Positions 1 through 10,026 of a stretch of DNA of 25,284 bases are shown in pieces. Source of the DNA: Malacoraja senta (taxonomy: Eukaryota); NCBI GenBank assembly GCA_038087875.1, contig JAXLNO010000563.1:186001-211284 (forward strand), in the 5' to 3' direction. The notes beneath the pieces were generated by a model, which was given only the letters and a program-made list of their open reading frames with translations, made no database searches and was not told where the DNA came from. The translations under genes were made by a program, and so were the position numbers. Every line of letters begins with the position of its first letter. The stretch's first letter is position 1.

Positions 1-19
1 CCAGTGTACTCGGGTGGGG

Positions 20-776
20 TGTCATGGATACGAGTTTCAGCAGTGGAGGCAGATGGACTTAGCAAGAGGCATCGCTTCTGCAGACATGGGCTATTAACTA
101 TTAAGAGCTTTTTATGGATAAGGCTTATTGCTCTAACAAAGGTAACCTGCATGTTCAGTTTCAGATTGACAATACTATGGCAGTGGCATATATATTAATC
201 ACATCGGTGGAATCAAGTCGGTATCTTGTGACAGATTGGCAAATCAAATTTGGGCCTGGTGCATTGAAAAATATATTTGGTTTTCAGCTATTTATCTACC
301 AGGTAGTTTCAACATAGTAGCAGACACCAAGTCACGAAAGTTCCATGACAACACAGATTGGATGTTGAACCAGGAGGTGTACAATAATATAGTACTTATA
401 TACAGTATGAATGCCAGATATCGATTTGTTTTGCATCGAGGTTTAACCACCAGCTGCCTAAATATGTTTCATGGGAACCAGACCAGGGGGCAGTTGCAAT
501 TGATGCTTTCTCGCTACATTGGGGTGGTATATTTTTATATATTTTCCCACCATTCTGCCTCATAGGTCGGAGTCTGCAAAAAATCAAGCAGGATGCCGCT
601 TCGGGGGTGCTTGTAATACTTATTGCCCGACTCAAGCATGGTTCCCTTTGAAGTTACAGTTAGCGATCCAACCTCCTTTGGTGGTTCCCAAGCATAGGAA
701 TTTACTGGAGCATCCGCTAACATGGGAAAGTCATCCGTTATGTGATCGTATTGACTTGTTAATTTGCAGGTTTTAA
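20..776 (+). pseudogene. DIRS pol C-terminus: RNase H plus Dam-like adenine methyltransferase-like domain (frameshifted)
   Basis: Across frames: HVQFQIDNTMAVAYI and IWAWCIEKYIWFSAIYLPGSFNIVADTKSR (DIRS RNase H), then DWML, PDIDLF/ASRFNHQLPKYVSW, DAFSLHW, YIFPPFCLIGRSLQKI, PTQAWFP, ending at TAA 774-776. Confidence 0.88.
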
Positions 777-779
777 GAA

Positions 780-1690
780 GACCATACCAGGGGCGAGGAC
801 TGTCTGGGCGAACGGTGGACATGCTCACTGCAGCCTGGAGAAAGAGTACTGGAGAAGCGGTATATTGACTATAGTACTGTAGGTATTGTGGATATTTTAG
901 AGATCCTGTTGTCACTCTACGATGATGAGGGGCTCAGTTATATTGCCATTAATACAGCTTTAAGTGCTTTGTCCTTGTATATTTTGATGGGGTCAGGAAA
1001 AGATCCTATTGGGTTTTCATCATCTCATAGCTCGATTGATGAAAGGAATTTCCACTCCAAACCTCCTAAACCCAGGAAGATGGCGATCTGGGATGTAAGT
1101 GTGGTCCTCAAGATGCTTCGACAGTAGGTTCCTGTCATGTCTCTGAATTTGCCAAACTAACCATGAAGGTGGTCATGCTCATGGCATTGGTTCAGCATAG
1201 CGAGTGCAGATTTTGCAAAAGCTTCTGCTAGACAGGATGGAAGTGGTTGAAGAGAATGTTATGTTATATATTTGCGCCCTGCTCAAACAGAGCAGGCCAG
1301 GTGTCACAGGTTTGTTAAAATTGTGTTTTCAGCATAACCTACTGATCCATGTTTATGTGTAATGGCACATTTATTTTCATTATATTGAAGCTACAAGGAC
1401 CTTAAGAAATGTGGAAGCATTGTTTATCAGTTACATGAAGCCACACAGGAGAGTGTCAGTGCAGACTATCTCAAGGTGGTTTAAAGCAAATGTTGATTCA
1501 GGCAGGTATTAACACTGACGTGTATATATCTTTTTCCACTAGTGCAGCAGCAACGTCATCGGCTAGGGCGATGGATGTTCCCATCGGCCATATTCTTACA
1601 GGTCAAATGAATTCCTTTTAAATTTTTTTTACCATCGGCCGATTGTCGATCGGCGAGAGGCTGTTTGCAAATTCAGTATTAAGTTCTATT
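780..1690 (+). pseudogene. DIRS tyrosine recombinase (YR), degenerate
   Basis: GLSYIAINTALSALS, WDVSVVLKML, LLKQSRPG, KPHRRVSVQTISRW, STSAAATSSARAMDVPIGHIL. Colinear with the YR at 5401-6156, with many frameshifts and stops. Boundaries approximate. Confidence 0.88.
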
Positions 1691-1866
1691 TAGTTTCCCC
1701 TGGGATAGAGGGGTTACTGTTTGTTTTGATTATTCAAATCAATTGTTACTGCATGATATTCAATTTCATGGTTAACAAATTATTGATTGTTTCTCATCCG
1801 AAGTCAATCAATGCAGTGAGAAGCCGGAATTTGAATCTGCAGCATAAAATCACAGAGCTTTGAACT

Positions 1867-1976
1867 CTTCACGGAATCACTCACGTGACTCCGAAATAAA
1901 ATAGTAAGATTAAACGAGAACTTACCAGTTTGAAGTTTGATCTTTATTTTATGAGGAGTTACGTTGGTGATTATGT
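1867..1976 (+). repeat. Internal complementary region (ICR) of DIRS copy A
   Basis: About 1900-1970 is the reverse complement of the right end at about 2491-2563. The first part matches the reverse complement of the left ends of copies B and C. Confidence 0.9.
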
Positions 1977-2013
1977 GCCCGCCACGCCCAACCCTCTCTC
2001 TCATAAAGGTCAT

Positions 2014-2372
2014 ATAATAATAATAATAATAATCATTTTATTTACTGGCGCCTTTCTAAAACCCAAGGACACCTTACAATGCATAGAATCACAACAAAAC
2101 AGAAAACACATAATCGGAATAAATTAAATAAGAAAACATCACAGTACATAAATCAAGGACAGAATTCAATTTCAAAAGCACCAAAAGAAAATAAGAAACA
2201 CAATTTGAGGAGAGAGCAGCGGCGACCATTTCGCGCCAGCGTCCACTCTCCCCTCCGACCGCCATCTTGTACACGGACTGACAGGGACAGGCACAGGCAC
2301 AGCACACAAAATCATCCCCCCACAATGACCACCACTGTGGGGGAAGGCACAATGTCCAGTCCCCAACCCAGT
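2014..2372 (-). mobile_element. 5'-truncated non-autonomous retroelement with L2-type 3' tail, inserted in DIRS A
   Basis: Minus strand ends tgtaaggtgtccttgggttttagaaaggcgccagtaaataaaatg(att)n, an L2-like 3' end. It interrupts aaaggtcat|tctggcagttct, whose homologue is contiguous in copies B and C. Confidence 0.7.
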
Positions 2373-2563
2373 TCTGGCAGTTCTCATGTTGCTGATCTTA
2401 CTATGTTACTTCATATTTTCTGTTATCTGTGATTTCATACCGCTGCTTTGAAGATTGACGCGCATGCGCCATGACGGGTCTTCTTCAAGGAATCACCAAC
2501 GTAACTCCTCATAAAATAAAGATCAAACTTCAAACTGATAAGTTCTCATTTAATCTTACTATT

Positions 2564-3097
2564 ATATTCGATATATGTCTGCCTTTCTCTCCCTCAAAAT
2601 CCCATCTCCCTGCCCGCTACTCCCGCTACGTTAACTCCACGACGGCCAGTAAGTTCTCTGAGGTTCTCATAGCCGCCCCCGACATCTGCACTATTGAGGC
2701 GTCTAACCCCTATCTCAGCACCGACGACCTCATTTCTCTATTCAATACTACTTGCTCTTCCATCCTGGATTCTGTTGCTCCTCTTAAAATGAAAAAGCCT
2801 AAGCCTAAAGGCGAGCCGTGGTTCAATGACACCACCAGAGCCCTAAGAAGAGAATGCAGAAAATTAGAACGGAAGTACAAATCTGATAAGCTTCAAATTT
2901 CCTTCGAACTCCTGAAAAACAATCTTCACAAATACCAGGAAGCGGTAAAATCCACAAGAACAAAATACTTTTCCACCCTAATCTCCAAAAACGCTCATAA
3001 CTCCAAGGTCCTTTTTAGCACCATCACCTCCATCATTTGTCCTGCCCCCAGCACCAGCTAAACTGGGTCCCCTGCTAAGTGCGAGGAATTTACTACA
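2564..3097 (+). mobile_element. L2 (LINE2) ORF2, endonuclease-RT linker segment
   Basis: FNTTCSSILDSVAPLK, PWFNDTTRALRRECRKLERKY, YQEAVKSTRTKYFSTLI, SKVLFSTI, CEEFTTF. The frame continues after DIRS B at about 6688. Confidence 0.9.
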
Positions 3098-3298
3098 TTT
3101 TACTTCGGAGTCACGTGAGTGACTACGTGAAGAAGCCCCGCCAGTCCGCATGCACGTCATTATGTCTGATGCATGGCGCAACGACGGTCCGACGGTCCAC
3201 CAGCGGTAAGTTTTAAAAACCTTCAGGTAAGTTTTAAAAAACTTAGTTGAGGTCGTTTTCTGTGGTCGGTAAGTCTTGTTGCAGGAGCAAGTCGGACC

Positions 3299-4247
3299 AT
3301 GGAGAAAATTATTAAGGGAAGGTCAAGGCGGGCCGCCGGTAGAGCAGCTATAGAAGACCGCGGGAGTGCGGGTAGCAGGCGGCCGTCCATCTCGCCTTCA
3401 GAGTCACTGGCGGCACGGCCAGTGGCTTCCGACTTGGTGCCGGTTGAAAGCACCGTGGCTACTCCGGTGGGATAGAAAGCCACTAAGAAGTCGGTAAGGC
3501 CCGTTGACTCGGATGAGTCGGGCAGTGGCATCTGTTGAAGGGCTGCATAATGTCTCCCTCTCGGAGGAGGAGAGCATACGGGGTCAGTTTTGTTCTGACT
3601 CCGAGGTCGGAGGTATAGCCGGTGAGCATACCTCAAGGCAAGAAGGCCGCGCACCAGGGGTGCCAAGCATGGCATCTAAATTTGCTATACCGACCGGAAG
3701 TGGGGAACCGCTGGATGAGGACCTGGCCATGACTATAAATTACATGGCCTCACACCAGCTGCAAGACCTCACAATGGAAGAAACATCCCAAAAAATACGA
3801 GACACCCGCCAATTGTGCCTCGATCAAAGTGCCGACTGTGAACCACGCTATCTGGGGTCACATGGGTGTAGGTATCAGAGCCCAGGAAGTGAGGCTCCAG
3901 AAGATACTAAAGCTGGTCGCTTCAGGCATTACAGCTTTCGCTAGGTCGGTCGATGGGGGGCCGCCCTAATATGCAATGCACATTTTGAAATAAACTGTCT
4001 CAGAAATAGTGCTATCCGTCCTACTCTGAACCCCAAGTTTGCGGCACTGTGCAAATTGAGCAATGTGCAACCGCCGAATTTACTGTTCGGTGATGACCTA
4101 TCAGAACGGGTCAGAGAGTTGGACGACGAGGCGAAAACGGTCAGCCTCATAAAAGCCCAACTGACTAGCAAAGTTCAACTTCGGCCGCAGCACCCCTACA
4201 AGCGGTTCGCTGAAGCTGGTTCAGGTCAAGGACCAAGCAGGACCTAG
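3299..4247 (+). pseudogene. DIRS gag-like ORF1 (frameshifted, partly deleted)
   Basis: ATG in accATGg context at 3299, low-complexity N-terminus, GEPLDEDLAMTINY, IRPTLNPKFAALCK, LLFGDDLSERVRELDDEAK. Located between the left terminus and RT. Confidence 0.75.
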
Positions 4248-4349
4248 CAATTGGCGCACTCCAACATTCTTCCCCTCCAGAACTCGGGGGCAGAAGTTTC
4301 CACTGGCAACCATGGATCTGGTTCTTTTCAGAACATGTCATGTATGGAT

Positions 4350-5400
4350 CAGTTACAAGTTGGTGGGCGATTACACTTGTTTTTCAATGAATAGTGTTGC
4401 ATAACATCAGATTTGTTTATACTGCACAGTATACAAGGGGTCCGAATAGAATTCCTTTTCAAATTGCGTCCACCTACACAGCATACACCAAGCCGGATAT
4501 TGTTTTTTTCACAACAAGAGTCTTTAGATGTACAAGCTGAAATTGAAACGTTATCTAAAAAAGGGGTAATTAAGAAGTCGTTTCATCAATCTCACCAATT
4601 TGTGTCTAATATATTACCTAGACAAAAGAAGGATGGTGGGTGTCGAATCATTCTTGATCTAACGCGACTTAACTCCTATGTGCAGTATAAACTTTTCAAA
4701 ATGGAAACTTTTGTTACTGCTAGACAACTGGTTTCAAAAGGATGCTATATGGCATGCATAGGTCTTAAAGATGCATACTATTCAGTACCCATTCATTACA
4801 ATCACTGGAGATATTTGAAGTTTAGCTGGATGAGGCAACTATGGCAGTTTAAAACATTGCCTAATGGGTTAACTTCGACTCCTAGATTATTTACAAAGTT
4901 GTTAAAACCGGTGTTGGGCTTACTCCGGGCTCAGAAATCATATTGTAATGGCCTATTTGGATGATGTCCTTATCATAGGCAAGACTCAGAAATCAGCTGA
5001 ATTATCTGTTTCAGCTATCAAACTCATGTTTGAGTGGTTGGGGTTTCTCATCCATCCAGTTAAATCCAAATTGATACCATCTAGAGTCATTGATTATTTG
5101 GGATTCACCATTAATTCAACTCACATGTCTGTGACTCTGCCTAGAGGCAAGAGATCAGAGTTAATAGAAGCTTGTAACAATCTCGTTGATGAGCAACAAT
5201 CTTCTATTCGGCAGGTGGCTAGTATAATTGGCAAATTAGTGGCTGCTTTTCCAGCTGCACAGTTTGGGCCTTTACATTATCAAAATTTACAACGTGCAAA
5301 GGAGCAGGCACTCAAAAGACATGCAGGTCATTTCAATAGACCCATTCGGTTACCAGCTGGAGCCATTGCTGAGTTACAGTGGTGGATAGCGAATATTTGA
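4350..5400 (+). pseudogene. DIRS reverse transcriptase (stop near 4391, frameshift near 4945; RNase H and methyltransferase deleted)
   Basis: VGGRL, KKDGGCRIILDL, FKMET, LKDAYYSVPI, QFKTLPNGLTSTPRLFTKLLKP, AYLDD, YLGFTI, ELQWW. Confidence 0.93.
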
Positions 5401-6156
5401 CTGAGCTATAGTGCCATCAACAGTGCCAGGAGTGCCTTATCGTCGTACCTGTGGCAGGGATCGGGACAATACTCTATTGGGCCTCACCCTTTAATATCCC
5501 GGTTCATGAAGGGTATTTTTAACTGTAATCCTCCCAGGCCCAGGTACACGGAGATCTGGGATGTGAGTGTGGTTCTCACGCTGCTTCGCCAATGGGCTCC
5601 AGCAACATCCCTGTCTTTTCCCAGACTCACTCTTAAAGTGGTCATTCCCATGGCGCTGGTTTCAGCGCAACGCGTCTAGACGTTGCAGAAGCTGCGACTG
5701 GACAGGATGGTTTCATCTGTAAATAGCATAACATTTTATGTTTATGATTTACTTAAGCAGAGCAGGCCAGGGACGTCAGGGCTTAAACTTATTTTTATGG
5801 CATACCCCATAGACCTTCGCCTATATGTAGTCACACACTTGCAGCAGTATATCAAGGTCACCAAGAGCCTCAGGGGCTCCGAATTATCGATATTCATCAG
5901 TCAGAAAAAGCCTCATAAGAAGGTGTCGGTACAGACCATTTCAAGGTGGCTGAAACAGGTTCTGGCTTGTGCCGGAGTGGTCACTGACGTTTTAAAATCT
6001 CATTCCACCAGGGCGGCATCAACGTCAGCAGCGAGGGCACTGGACGTCCCTCTCGACCAAATCCTCGCGGCCGCAGGATGGTCCAATGAACTGACATTTC
6101 AAAGGTTCTATAATAAACCTCTTGCCACACTGGGGGTATTTGCCCACTCCATTTAA
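5401..6156 (+). pseudogene. DIRS tyrosine recombinase (N-terminally truncated, premature TAG at 5677)
   Basis: LSYSAINSARSALSS, ALVSAQRV*, KSHSTRAASTS (H-x-x-R), AAAGWSNELTFQRFYNKP (W and catalytic Y). Confidence 0.93.
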
Positions 6157-6348
6157 AATTCTGTTTTATAGCTTCCCTCTGGGAGAGAGGGGTCGCTATT
6201 GTTTTCTTTTTTTGCTAATTAAAGCATCAACATGTTTAAGTCGGTATCATGTTTGAATGCATTATTTATTATTACTCATCCTGTGTCAACTGAGGCAGTG
6301 TGTCACATGGACTTGTATCCACGGCATAAAATCACAGAGCTTTGAAAA

Positions 6349-6460
6349 CTTCACGGAATCACTCACGTGACTCCGAAGTAAAATAGTAAGATTAAACGAG
6401 AACTTACCAGTTTGAAGTTTGATCTTTATTTTATGAGGAGTTACGATGAGCGATTACGTG
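6349..6460 (+). repeat. Internal complementary region (ICR) of DIRS copy B
   Basis: 6349-6383 is the reverse complement of the left end (3098-3132). 6380-6460 is the reverse complement of the right end (about 6607-6687). The two halves join at AAAA. Confidence 0.95.
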
Positions 6461-6687
6461 CCCTCCACTCCCAACCCTCGTATCATAAAGGTCAGCTGGT
6501 AGTTCTAGTCTTCTCTAAATCTTACTATGTCACTTTGACTACTGTTGTCTGTGATTTCACACTGCTGCTTTGAAGATTGACTCGCATGCGGACTGGCGGG
6601 GTTCTTCATGTAATCGCTCATCGTAACTCCTCATAAAATAAAGATCAAACTTCAAACTGGTAAGTTCTCGTTTAATCTTACTATTTT

Positions 6688-8432
6688 TCACCAGCAAGGT
6701 AAAGAACATAAGAACGAATATTTCCCGTCCCACCCGTGACCTGGCTGTCTCATTGGTCTGTTCTTCAAAATTAGATTGTTTCCAACCCGTTACTCTACCC
6801 TCCCTTGTAAAACTGATCACCACCATGAAACCTACTACCTGCCCCCTCAACACTGTCCCCTCTGCCCTCCTAAAGGACGTCATTACAATAGCCGGTCCCA
6901 GCATCCTCGCCATCTTCAAGCATGCGGTGGTCCAGCCACTCCTGAAAAAAACTAACCTTGACCCCACCTTGCCAAGCAACTACAGACCCATTTCTAAACT
7001 GCCTCTCCTCTCAAAAGCCCTTGAAAAGGTAATTTTAAGTCAACTTATGCCTTACCTTCATCAAAATACTATCTTGGAAACTTCCAATCAGGTTTCAGGG
7101 CTCACCACAGCACAGAGTCTGCCTTGTTGAAGGTACATAATGACCTACTCCTCACCATTGACTCCGGCGACTGTGCAATCCTGCTCCTTCTCGACCTCAG
7201 CGCAGAATTTGATACTGTCGACCACACCATCCTAATTGACCGTCTCCGGTACGGGGTTCATATTGATGGCACTGCCCTGAGCTGGTTCATCTCCTACCTC
7301 AAAGGTAGGAGTTTCTCTACTAACATAGGCAACTCTTTCTCCTCCCCAGCTAGTCTCTGCTGTGGGGTTCCACAAGGTTCCATCCTTTGCCCCATTCTCT
7401 TCTCCCTGTATATGCTCCCCTTAGGCCAAGTCATTGAAAGGCACGGCATTTGCTTCCATTGCTACGCAGACGATACACAACTCTATCTCCCCTGAAGCCC
7501 AAAAACCAATCAAATCTGCTTAAACTTACCCGCTGCCTCGAGGATATAAAGTGTTGGATGGCCCAGAACTTCCTCCAACTAAACGAGAGTCAGTCTGAGG
7601 TCATCCTTCTCGACCCCTCGGACTCAATCAAAATGATAGCAGGCAGCCTTGGAAGCCTTACCCCGCTACTCAAACCTCACGTCAAAAACCTTGGTGTGAT
7701 ATTTGACTCAGCACTGAAATTTGACAAACAAATCAATGCCGTGGTAAAAGCTAGCTTATTTCAGCTTCGGACGATAGCTAAAATAAAACAATTCCTCCAG
7801 CTTGATGACCTCGAAAAGATCATCCACACATTTATCTCCTCCCGCCTAGTTACTGCAACTCCCTTTACACTGGCATCAGCCAATCATCCCTGTCCCACCT
7901 GCAACTGGTCCAAAACGCTGCAGGTAGACTCCTGACGGGCATTCGAAAAAGGGACCACATCACCCTGATCCTGGCCTCTCTCCACTGGCTCCCTATGCAG
8001 TTCCGTATAAATTTCAAGACCCTCCTCTATGTCTACAAAGCCCTCAATGGGCTTGCACCCACCTACGTTAAAAGTCTTCTCACCCACCACACCACCTCCA
8101 GGTCCCTCAGATCGGCCGACTTGGGGTTGCTGAATGTCCCGCGGTCTACGCATAAGCACAGGGGCGACCGCGCCTTTGCGGTTGCAGCTCCTAGACTGTG
8201 GAACAGCATCCCCCTTCCCATCAGAACTGCCCCCTCCATCGACTCCTTTAAGTCTAGACTAAAAACTTATCTGTACTCCCAAGCCTTTCCTGACGTCCTC
8301 TGAGTGAGGGCTATATGTATTTATGTATGTAGTTTGCTTGTTTATACTATTCATATAACAAATGTAAAGCACTTTGGTCAATGAGAGTTGTTTTTAAAAT
8401 GTGCTATATAAATAAATGTGACTTGACTTGAC
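6688..8432 (+). mobile_element. L2 (LINE2) ORF2 RT region and 3' end, frameshifted
   Basis: FKHAVVQPLLKK, NYRPISKLP, LLDLSAEFDTVDH, GVPQGSILCPILF, CYADDTQLY, KNLGVIFD, GDRAFAVAAPRLWNSIP, FKSRLKTYL. The 3' tail is gtgctatataaataaatgtgacttgacttgac. Confidence 0.95.
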
Positions 8433-9147
8433 ATGTGACTTCTGCTCCTTCAGTGCCTGCCAGTACTCCTGGCCTGATTCAACAGGCTGCTCCTGCGGGC
8501 CTTCTGCCTCTTTGGAGCCTTGCTGGAGCTTACTGTGCTGATTGCGCTGCCAGTATCTCCCAGCCTGGATTGACAGGTGCTCCTTTGGGCCAGCTGCTAC
8601 TTCGGAGCCTTAGCAAAGCTCACTGGACAGGTCGCGCCTGCCAGTACTGCAGGCCTGGTTCGACAGGCTGCTCTTGCGGGGCCAGCTAGTGACTCCCGAC
8701 TGCTCCTTTCCCGAGCTTCAACGGAGACGGAGGTAGATGCATGGGCCGCGCCCGTCAGCTTCTCCACGTTCAGCTGCCTGCTCCCTTTCGGAGCCTCAAT
8801 GGCAGTAGCTGCACGGGCTGCGCCCATCAGCTTCTCGGAGTCCGGCCGCCTGCTCCCTTTTGGAGCTTCAATGGCGGTAGCTGCATTGGCCGCGCCCGTC
8901 AGCTTCTCTGGCCACCTGCTTCCTTTCGGAGCCTCAATGGTGGGAGCTGCACAAGCCGCGCCCGTCAGCTTCTCCTGAGCCCGCTGCACCTATTTTCGGA
9001 GCAGCAGCCCGTCCTGTGAACAAAAATCACGTACCTGCCGGAGCAGTTTCGAATTGCTCCAAATCCCGCGCCGTGCGTCGACGTATTGACGCGCATGCGG
9101 GCTGGCGGGTTCTTCACGTAGTCTCATCATGAGACTTCGATATAAAA
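8433..9147 (-). mobile_element. DIRS-type element copy D: left terminus plus repetitive gag-like start (divergent subfamily)
   Basis: Reverse complement of 9088-9147 (ttttatatcgaagtctcatgatgagactacgtgaagaacccgccagcccgcatgcgcgtc) aligns with the left end of copy B. It is followed by a GC-rich repetitive ORF (8597-8989, minus). Confidence 0.78.
8750..8975 (-). repeat. 66-72 bp tandem repeat (about 3.3 copies) encoding EKLTGAAxAATAIEAPKGSR units
   Basis: ccc(g/a)tcagcttctc recurs at about 8751, 8823, 8895 and 8961. Confidence 0.9.
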
Positions 9148-9309
9148 TCACAGTGTAACAGTATTCACTCAGTAATGATCAACACCACAATAACACAACG
9201 GTGCAAGAATGTGGTGTAATGAAATGCAGGGCAAACTATTATTCATGTACAATACTCAAATGTAATTGAGTTAGGAGTAAGAAGACATGTCTGCAGCTCC
9301 CAGGAAGGT

Positions 9310-9407
9310 TTGAGTTTGAGTTGAGTTCATTGTCATGTGTACCGACGTACAGTGAAATGATTTTGTTGTGTGCTAACCAGTCAGCAGAAAGACAATCCAT
9401 GATTACG
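9310..9407 (-). mobile_element. 3' tail fragment of a LINE (Rex1/Babar-like)
   Basis: Minus strand reads tttcactgtacgtcggtacacatgacaatgaactcaactcaaactcaaa, a LINE 3' end with a short tandem tail. Family assignment is from recall. Confidence 0.5.
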
Positions 9408-9599
9408 TAGAATACGGGGAAGGGGCATGGAAGACATGATCAGTTCAGGAGTGTGAGAGGTCCAAAGCCCAGAGCTGACAGTTGTGGCGCAGACCCCACT
9501 CCCTCCTCGCACTCATCCCATCCTGGAACATTTCAGCGGGTGAAGGAGAGTTCAAAGAGGTTTGGTATGTCTCCAAATGCAACAAACAATTACAGATGA

Positions 9600-9870
9600 G
9601 CTGACCGGTTGTATCATGAGGTGATATTTCATTTCCAATTTACAGGAATACAAGAGTAGGCAGAGAGTGGTGGACTCAGCCCAATCCATCATGAGTTCAG
9701 ACCTTGTCACCATTGCAAGCATCAACATGAGGTGCTGTCTTAAGAAGGCGGCATCTACCATCAAGGATCTTCCCCATCTGGGCCACGCATTCTTCTCACG
9801 TTTAAAATCACGCAGGAGGTACATTAGCCTAAAGATCACAGCATCAGATTCAGGAACTTTTTTTCTGTGT
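9600..9870 (+). mobile_element. Rex1/Babar LINE C-terminal fragment
   Basis: QRVVDSAQSIM, RCCLKKAASTIKDLPHLGHAFFSRLKSRRRYISLK resembles the Rex1 ORF end (IIKDPxHPGHxLFxxLPSGRRYRS). Confidence 0.75.
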
Positions 9871-9935
9871 TATAATATAAATGCAGATAATGTCCAATAA
9901 TGTCAAGACAACCAAACAGCCAATTTTCCCTGAGT

Positions 9936-10015
9936 GGGAAGGAACTGCAGATGCTGGTTCACATCAAATATACACACAAAATGATGGAGTAACTCAACGG
10001 GTCATGCAGCATCTC
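9936..10015. mobile_element. Penelope-like element terminal-repeat fragment
   Basis: ggaaggaactgcagatgctgg...cacaaaatgatggagtaactcaacgggtcatgcagcatctc. An inverted related copy lies at about 10221-10278, with further relatives at about 11085-11200, 13978-14103, 17125-17250 and 25170-25270. Confidence 0.6.
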
Positions 10016-10026
10016 GAGATTAAATT

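Larger units (their letters stand above)
1..2563 (+). mobile_element. DIRS1-type tyrosine-recombinase retrotransposon, copy A (3' half; 5' part lies upstream of window), degenerate
   Basis: Order RNase H - methyltransferase-like - tyrosine recombinase, then an internal complementary region (1867-1976) and right terminus (about 2460-2563) homologous to those of copies B and C. Confidence 0.93.
3098..6687 (+). mobile_element. DIRS1-type retrotransposon, copy B (both termini intact, internally deleted)
   Basis: Left end ttttacttcggagtcacgtgag, then gag, RT, YR, ICR 6349-6460, and right inverted repeat plus extension 6584-6687 ending cttactatttt. No target-site duplication. Confidence 0.95.

Noticed and set aside
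5401..6156. Phage integrase / prokaryotic contamination or a retron-like RT-integrase system
   Set aside because: The gag-RT-RH-MT-YR order with ITR and ICR is the known DIRS1 architecture, embedded among vertebrate LINEs.
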